A stretch of DNA of 64,000 bases, taken from the NCBI GenBank assembly GCA_965659965.1, contig CBFHXZ010000001.1, forward strand, positions 9,049-73,048. Direction: 5' to 3'. Below, piece after piece: positions 58,758 to 64,000 of the stretch. The stretch is from Coraliomargaritaceae bacterium (GTDB lineage Bacteria; Verrucomicrobiota; Verrucomicrobiia; Opitutales; Coraliomargaritaceae). A program made the translations under genes and the position numbers. How positions within the stretch are numbered: position 1 is the stretch's first letter; the number at the start of each line of letters is the position of its first letter. The notes beneath the pieces were generated by a model. It was given only the letters and a program-made list of their open reading frames with translations, was not told the origin of the DNA and did no database searches.

Positions 58758-59432
58758 ATGCGTTTCATCGTTCTAGTTACTTGGCTTGCCATACTCGCTT
58801 GCCACTCGACCAAGGCTTACCCGCTCCAAGCATGGAAAATTAAAACGGTCACCAATCAAGTAACGACTCGTTTTAATGGCATTGAACTGGAACTCTTGGT
58901 TGTCACCAAAAAAGACGCCGGAATTCGGGCAACGGTTTTTTCTCCCACACAAAAACCTGACGCCTTGATTCTCTTTGATGAAAAAGAACTCTATTTATCA
59001 TCAAAAAACGGGATCGATCCCGTAGTCTACACAAAGCTTACTGGGCAAGAAGCTGCGGAAAACCTTTTTCAGATGCTTGCCCTCAACCCCTGGATTCATT
59101 TTCCAGAAGGCAGGCTCAAACACGAATGTCCTGCGCTCGAGGACTACCTCATTGTTTTTAATTATATCCTCAAGGAAGATACTGTTAAACCCACTGAGAT
59201 GCGTTTGTATCAGATGGCTCCAGTGAAAGATAAATTAGTCAGCACCATTCGATTTGTAGAATTTTTCTCCTCGCGCACCAATTTGTTTCAGCCGAAAATC
59301 CTTTTAGTAACCGATCATACGAAGCAAACAAGCGGTGAGGTGCACATCAAAAATTTTACTTATAATCTTGGCTTGGGCGATTTTCTTTTTGAAGCGCAGG
59401 AAGCTTCGGGCAGTAGCCTCAATGAGCCTTAG
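58758..59432 (+). CDS. hypothetical exported protein
   Basis: 224-aa ORF with a signal-like N-terminus (MRFIVLVTWLAILACHS). Visibly AT-richer than the housekeeping genes. No recognised motif. The ATG lies only ~10 nt after the upstream terminator. Confidence 0.4.
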   Translation: MRFIVLVTWLAILACHSTKAYPLQAWKIKTVTNQVTTRFNGIELELLVVTKKDAGIRATVFSPTQKPDALILFDEKELYLSSKNGIDPVVYTKLTGQEAAENLFQMLALNPWIHFPEGRLKHECPALEDYLIVFNYILKEDTVKPTEMRLYQMAPVKDKLVSTIRFVEFFSSRTNLFQPKILLVTDHTKQTSGEVHIKNFTYNLGLGDFLFEAQEASGSSLNEP

Positions 59433-60483
59433 TGGAGGCGACCGATTCCCGGACACTTGCTCCATCCACCCAGATGCTCTCAATCTCAACCACTTGGGGG
59501 TATTCCTGCGCGCCAAATTCATTGCGCTGTAGCTGACCGACGACTAAATCGACCCCAACCTGACCCACAACTTTGTTATTTTGGCGCATGCCCGCCATCT
59601 CTTTCAAACCGGCATGCCAGTCCAAATGTACAAGACCCACTTCATCCGGAATGCTGAACCCGGAATCCCGCAGGGCGCTATAAAGTTCACTTTGATTGGT
59701 TATAATGACATCTGCCTTGCGCGCCTTGATAGTCTTGATTGCCTGTGGTAGGCTTTCCAATTCCAGGCCTACTACTTCGAGTTGATCGCGCTTGGGCAAT
59801 GATTTGACAATGCTGTAGAAACCAGCGCTGAACTTATTTTCCAATACCGCATCATCCGCTTCGGGCACTACTAGAATAGGCCTTCGATAGCCCATCTTGA
59901 GGACCTTTCGGGTGGCCCGTCGCGCGGTGAGGTATTGATCATTGGTGGAGCAATTGATGCGCTTGTTCAGTTGCGCCGTACCAATAACGGCACAGGCGAA
60001 TTGCTTATAAAATAGAGCGAATTGCTCGTCATCAATTTCATCGAATCCAAGCATGCCGATAAGCACGACTCCCCGAATACCTCGTGTCTCAAGAATTTGC
60101 TTAAGCCGTTGGGGTCTCAAATCCGGCTTTTGAAGCCAGAATTCCTCTACGCCGTAACCCAACTTTCGGCTGCGTTCGAGAACGCCCTCGCGCAATCGAC
60201 TGAAGGTATGATTGCTACTTAGGTTCTCAAAGGGCGCACAATTGATGAGCGCAAGATTGGCTCGAAATCCCGGTTGCCGCCCCGCCCGCAATTGCGACAT
60301 CAGCGTGTCCACGACCGGGTTCCGTTGGTAGCCCATTTTTTTGGCAATCTGCTGAATACGCGCCCGCGTGCTTTCAGGAATTCTGGGGTCATTGCGCAAA
60401 GCCAGTGAGACGGCAGATTTGCTCACTGCCGCCGCGTCGGCGATTTGTTGCATATTGGGGCGACCAGCCCGTAGGGTTGGCAT
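59419..60483 (-). CDS. LacI-family transcriptional regulator
   Basis: N-terminal HTH (MQQIADAAAVSKSAVSLALRNDPRIPESTRARIQQIAKKMGYQRNP) plus a periplasmic-binding-protein-like sugar-binding core. An alternative start is the ATG at 60453. Confidence 0.85.
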   Translation of the reverse strand: MPTLRAGRPNMQQIADAAAVSKSAVSLALRNDPRIPESTRARIQQIAKKMGYQRNPVVDTLMSQLRAGRQPGFRANLALINCAPFENLSSNHTFSRLREGVLERSRKLGYGVEEFWLQKPDLRPQRLKQILETRGIRGVVLIGMLGFDEIDDEQFALFYKQFACAVIGTAQLNKRINCSTNDQYLTARRATRKVLKMGYRRPILVVPEADDAVLENKFSAGFYSIVKSLPKRDQLEVVGLELESLPQAIKTIKARKADVIITNQSELYSALRDSGFSIPDEVGLVHLDWHAGLKEMAGMRQNNKVVGQVGVDLVVGQLQRNEFGAQEYPQVVEIESIWVDGASVRESVASTKAH

Positions 60484-60537
60484 AGTAATAATAGGTAGTA
60501 AGGGATCCTAAACATACACAAGAAGCCCACTTAGTCG

Positions 60538-60549
60538 ACAGTTGAATAC
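60538..60549 (-). promoter_or_regulatory. TTRTTCAACKRT motif (GTATTCAACTGT)
   Basis: 55 nt upstream of the LacI-family gene start at 60483, in the divergent AT-rich region shared with the GH13 gene. Confidence 0.35.
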
Positions 60550-60730
60550 AGTTATAGTCGAAAAACGGTTAAATTGAAGTAATATACGAATTTATTTTGG
60601 TACTATTCATTATTAAGCTGTTGAATAACAATTATTTTTACAAAAATCCAAAGCTAGGGTTAAAGTGAACTTTTTTTACCCATCCTTATCTAAATTCTAT
60701 ATGTAGGTAATCACCACATAGACCCATTTT

Positions 60731-63700
60731 ATGATTCCCGGTTATAAACATATGCTTCTCTGCTTCCTAATGTCTACCCAGGCATTGCTCGGTGAGGCTA
60801 TGTTGCAATATTTCAACACCGACTGGAGTGAAATAACGCGCAAGATGCCGGAACTTGCGGAAGCAGGCTATTCCTCGCTCTGGCTCCCCCCGCCAACCAA
60901 GGGCTCGGGCGGACTCTCAGTGGGTTATGACATGTGGGATCCCTTTGACCTTGGAAGTAAGGATCAGCGGAATACCGTGCGCACTCGCTATGGCGCCGAG
61001 GCCGAACTCCTGCGACTCGTCAAGGTGGCACACCGTTTCGGTATTCGGGTTTATTTCGATAACATCATGAATCACCGGGCTTTTGATATCCCGGGCTATA
61101 ATGAATCCACCGCCATCGATATTTATCCCGGTCTCGTGCCTGAAGATTTTCACCTGCAACTCACCCAGGAAGGGTTCTACCGCAAATGGGATAATACGCG
61201 TGACTGGAATAGTTCCTGGCAGGTACAAAACCTTGGTCTTGCCGACCTCATCGATATCGCTCAGGAGCCCGGCACCACCAATTACAATTTTGGGGAAAGC
61301 GAGGGCAGTACCTTTCCCAAGATGAAATTCATTCGCGACCTCGAGCGGCCCGAGCAATACGCCTACGACAAAGACGGAAATTATGTTGGATTCGGAGGCC
61401 TCCTAACACTTGCAGAAGCACTCCTCGTAGCTGCCGGTAACGCCAGCCCCACCGAGGCAGAAGTCAAAGCCCGCGCTCAACTCTACCTTCAGGACAACCG
61501 CAGTGTTTATGAGGAATACGTAGAGACCTACCTTAACCGCGCCGCCAGCTGGCTCATGGATCGCACCAAAGCCGACGGACTACGCCTCGATGCCGTCAAG
61601 CACGTCGCCCCGGATTTCTTCGGTGCGACCTACGGTGCCGACAAGGACAGTAATGACTACGGCTACCTCGGGCAGGTTCAACGCCAATTCAACCTCACCC
61701 GTGGCTTTAGTGATGCCAATCATCGGGACACTGTTTTTGATACCGAAAAGCCACGCGACGATGCCATGGTCTTTGGCGAGCACCTTGGCGAACCACCCGG
61801 CTACGGTTCCTACTTTGATTCCGGGATGCGACTGGTGGACAATCCTCTCCGCCAACAATTCAACGACCGGCTTGGCAGTCCCTGGAATGGACTGAACGGC
61901 TTTGATAACCCCGGAGCAGGTGGCTTCGACCCCGCCTTGACAGTCATGCACGCCCAAAGCCATGACAACGACTACGCCAGCCGCCGCGAACTCCAGCACG
62001 CGATGTATTTCACCCGCGCCGGCATCGGGCTTCTCTATACCGACGGCAACTACCAAGCGGAAACTCTCGGTGAATCCGGCGGCGCCTTTCCCCGGCATTC
62101 CAACACCTCTTTCCTCGGCCAATGGGATGACCCCAGAGTCCCGAACCTTCTCTACGTCCATGAGCAATTTGCCCGCGGTTACCAACAGGGCAAGTGGTCG
62201 GACAATGATGTCGTTATCTATGAGCGAGTTGATAAACGCGAAAACTCCGGCATGAGCGATGCCGACGGAGTAACCATGTTGTTTATGCTGAATGATGACT
62301 ACTCCAGCGGTCATGGGCGCAGCTTCAGTTCCAGCTTCCCCTCACAATCCGGCGGCGCGAATGCTTACCTCTACAACTACTCAACCTACGGGGGCGGCTT
62401 CTATAAGTGGGCTTCTGAAATCGAAGATGGTTCCACCGTTATTCCTGCCGGGGGTTATTTTATCTTTGGCTACAAAAACCCCGACCCCTCTGACCTCTGG
62501 GCGGGTTCCGGCGGCAGACCCATCACGATTTATCAAAACAACACCGAGGTAGGCACCCTTGATGTCCTGCGCGAGGACGGCCCCAACGGCGATGCCGATT
62601 TTCACGGCGACATGCTTCAAGCCGAGAGCTGTCCGGTAATTTCAAATGCGGAGAGTGATGACTACGCCTACACCGCTACCCTTCCCCGCATCACGGATGG
62701 TTCCAATCTTGATTTTGTGGTGCGGGTTGATGGCTCTGCGGAAAACGTCATGCTCAAGCTCGACGGCGGCATTGACCTGAATGGCACACGTCCTGCCAGT
62801 ACCAATGTGGGCATGGCAAATACCGATCCTGTCAATCGCGACAACCCGCCCGCCCTTTCCTGGGATATGTTTCTCGGTTACGAGCAACCCACTTTCATTG
62901 ACCGCATCCACCCCGAACTTTTTGCCGCCAAAGTTACTGGTAGCCGTGATATAACCGGTTCATCCGGCGCGGAAACTTTCAGTCTGACTATGGGTCAGGC
63001 CAGCTTCACCATCACCGAAGGTGCCGGCACCCGCTTCACTGATGCCAATACCGCCAGCTTCCTTTACCACGATCCTGAAGTAGCGGTGAGTGGCGATCCT
63101 ACCGTTAGCGACAACATGTTTGTCGATGATGGAAGCAACCTAATGCTTTGGGCCAAAACAAATGCGGTGGGTTCGGGCTATAAAATGTTTCTCTATTACA
63201 CCACGGACGGCACTTTCCCTGAAGGCGCTGCGGGCAATGAACGCGGCACGACCTCGGTGGTGGAAATGACCTACCAACACGATGACGACAGCGGGGCATC
63301 CAACTGGTGGCGCTCGTCCTCAGTTAACCGACCCACGGCCGGCGCAACCCTGCGCTATAAAATCGCTATTCACAAGGAAGCTGCACCCAGTTGGTTCCCC
63401 GGCGATGCCGCCTCGGTGGCGCGCAAGACTCAGATGCTGACTCAGTTCGAGGTAAACGATTTCGATGCCACCGCCGCGATCTATTACCCTCATTTTGACT
63501 ATGCCAGCGACCCTGACGGAAACGCCCTAACCACTACCGGCCTTGAGGAGGGATTCCACATCCTCCGCGCCCGTGCGTTCCTGGATCGTTCCGGCAGCGC
63601 TTCCATCTACAACACCTTTACCCAAACCTTCTATTACGACACCCAGCGTCCTCAGGGTGAGATTTGCTTCCCCGACAGTGACGGGCAAACCGTCGGCGGT

Positions 63701-64000
63701 TCCTCATATGAAGTGGTCGTGCGAACAGACCCCACCGTTGAGGAAGTTTGGTATCGCATTGAGGATTCGGACAACAGTAATGATGATGTCGAAACCGGTG
63801 CGCGTAACGGCAACGGTACGGGCTTTGAACCCTTTAGCGATGTCAACCAAAACGGCACCCGTGACACCGGGGAAAGCTACGAAGACCTCAACCTCAACGG
63901 CCAGTGGGACAACAACCTTACCAACAACTGGGCCTCTGCCAGTGAGGTAACCCCCAGCACCGCCTTTGATCCAACAGATGCAAGTTACCAGAAGGAATGG
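60731..64000 (+). CDS. secreted GH13 alpha-amylase-family enzyme with a long C-terminal extension (partial, continues beyond the window)
   Basis: Not in the ORF track because it has no stop in the window. I translated the frame by hand: it is open from the ATG at 60731 (in-frame TAG at 60719) to 64000, 1090 codons. GH13 regions: VYFDNIMNH, GLRLDAVKHV, VFGEHLG, HAQSHDN. The C-terminal part has Asp/Asn-rich Ca-binding-like repeats (DVNQNGTRDTGESYEDLNLNGQWDNN). Confidence 0.8.
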   Translation, partial: MIPGYKHMLLCFLMSTQALLGEAMLQYFNTDWSEITRKMPELAEAGYSSLWLPPPTKGSGGLSVGYDMWDPFDLGSKDQRNTVRTRYGAEAELLRLVKVAHRFGIRVYFDNIMNHRAFDIPGYNESTAIDIYPGLVPEDFHLQLTQEGFYRKWDNTRDWNSSWQVQNLGLADLIDIAQEPGTTNYNFGESEGSTFPKMKFIRDLERPEQYAYDKDGNYVGFGGLLTLAEALLVAAGNASPTEAEVKARAQLYLQDNRSVYEEYVETYLNRAASWLMDRTKADGLRLDAVKHVAPDFFGATYGADKDSNDYGYLGQVQRQFNLTRGFSDANHRDTVFDTEKPRDDAMVFGEHLGEPPGYGSYFDSGMRLVDNPLRQQFNDRLGSPWNGLNGFDNPGAGGFDPALTVMHAQSHDNDYASRRELQHAMYFTRAGIGLLYTDGNYQAETLGESGGAFPRHSNTSFLGQWDDPRVPNLLYVHEQFARGYQQGKWSDNDVVIYERVDKRENSGMSDADGVTMLFMLNDDYSSGHGRSFSSSFPSQSGGANAYLYNYSTYGGGFYKWASEIEDGSTVIPAGGYFIFGYKNPDPSDLWAGSGGRPITIYQNNTEVGTLDVLREDGPNGDADFHGDMLQAESCPVISNAESDDYAYTATLPRITDGSNLDFVVRVDGSAENVMLKLDGGIDLNGTRPASTNVGMANTDPVNRDNPPALSWDMFLGYEQPTFIDRIHPELFAAKVTGSRDITGSSGAETFSLTMGQASFTITEGAGTRFTDANTASFLYHDPEVAVSGDPTVSDNMFVDDGSNLMLWAKTNAVGSGYKMFLYYTTDGTFPEGAAGNERGTTSVVEMTYQHDDDSGASNWWRSSSVNRPTAGATLRYKIAIHKEAAPSWFPGDAASVARKTQMLTQFEVNDFDATAAIYYPHFDYASDPDGNALTTTGLEEGFHILRARAFLDRSGSASIYNTFTQTFYYDTQRPQGEICFPDSDGQTVGGSSYEVVVRTDPTVEEVWYRIEDSDNSNDDVETGARNGNGTGFEPFSDVNQNGTRDTGESYEDLNLNGQWDNNLTNNWASASEVTPSTAFDPTDASYQKEW

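Noticed and set aside
60917-62911. Minus-strand ORFs (60917..61357, 61580..62314, 62381..62620, 62642..62911) listed in the track
   Set aside because: They lie antisense to the uninterrupted plus-strand frame 60731..64000, which carries all four GH13 signature regions. The plus-strand gene explains the region.

Overview
This is a gene-dense 64-kb bacterial chromosomal window with about 60 protein genes and one intact tRNA. I saw no rRNA, CRISPR array, transposase, integrase or phage genes. The gene content (PEP-CTERM proteins, a GFTLIELLVV-type pseudopilin, FloA/NfeD, type-B SdhCAB) suggests a Verrucomicrobiota/PVC-type organism; that is inference only. Positions 1-38 kb are mostly housekeeping: ruvX, a GDP-mannose enzyme, tsf-rpsB, rpsU, rRNA/tRNA methyltransferases, a TonB-dependent receptor, an OleC/OleD-like pair, trkHA, an NfeD-NfeD-FloA operon, sdhCAB, pyrG, trpC, rsmA and a DAACS symporter. 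They also hold a RidA-family protein, a Deg-type protease next to a catalytically dead paralog, queF, ftsH-tilS, queA and ispF-ndk. At 38.2-38.7 kb, tRNA-Ser(GGA) sits among tRNA-derived fragments. Positions 38.7-64 kb form an accessory alpha-glucan and cell-surface region. It contains a 14.4-kb minus-strand cluster: double-GH13 giant enzyme, two TPR/helical proteins, ExbB-ExbD-ExbD, a secreted GFGxW-family protein, MalQ and an MFS sugar symporter. Beyond that lie a PA14-like membrane protein, a truncated RHS-like ORF, two PEP-CTERM proteins, an orphan pseudopilin, a LacI-family regulator and a third GH13 enzyme that runs off the window. The main leads are: (1) an ExbBD stator embedded in the alpha-glucan operon with no TonB, TBDT or SusCD; (2) a 12-mer, TTRTTCAACKRT, found in the same orientation 55-77 nt upstream of five genes of this region; (3) a mosaic intergenic repeat family with a covarying hairpin, one copy of which truncates the RHS-like ORF; (4) the active/dead protease pair; (5) the scrambled tRNA-Ser locus. 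All calls come from reading the ORF track and the sequence by eye. No database search was possible.
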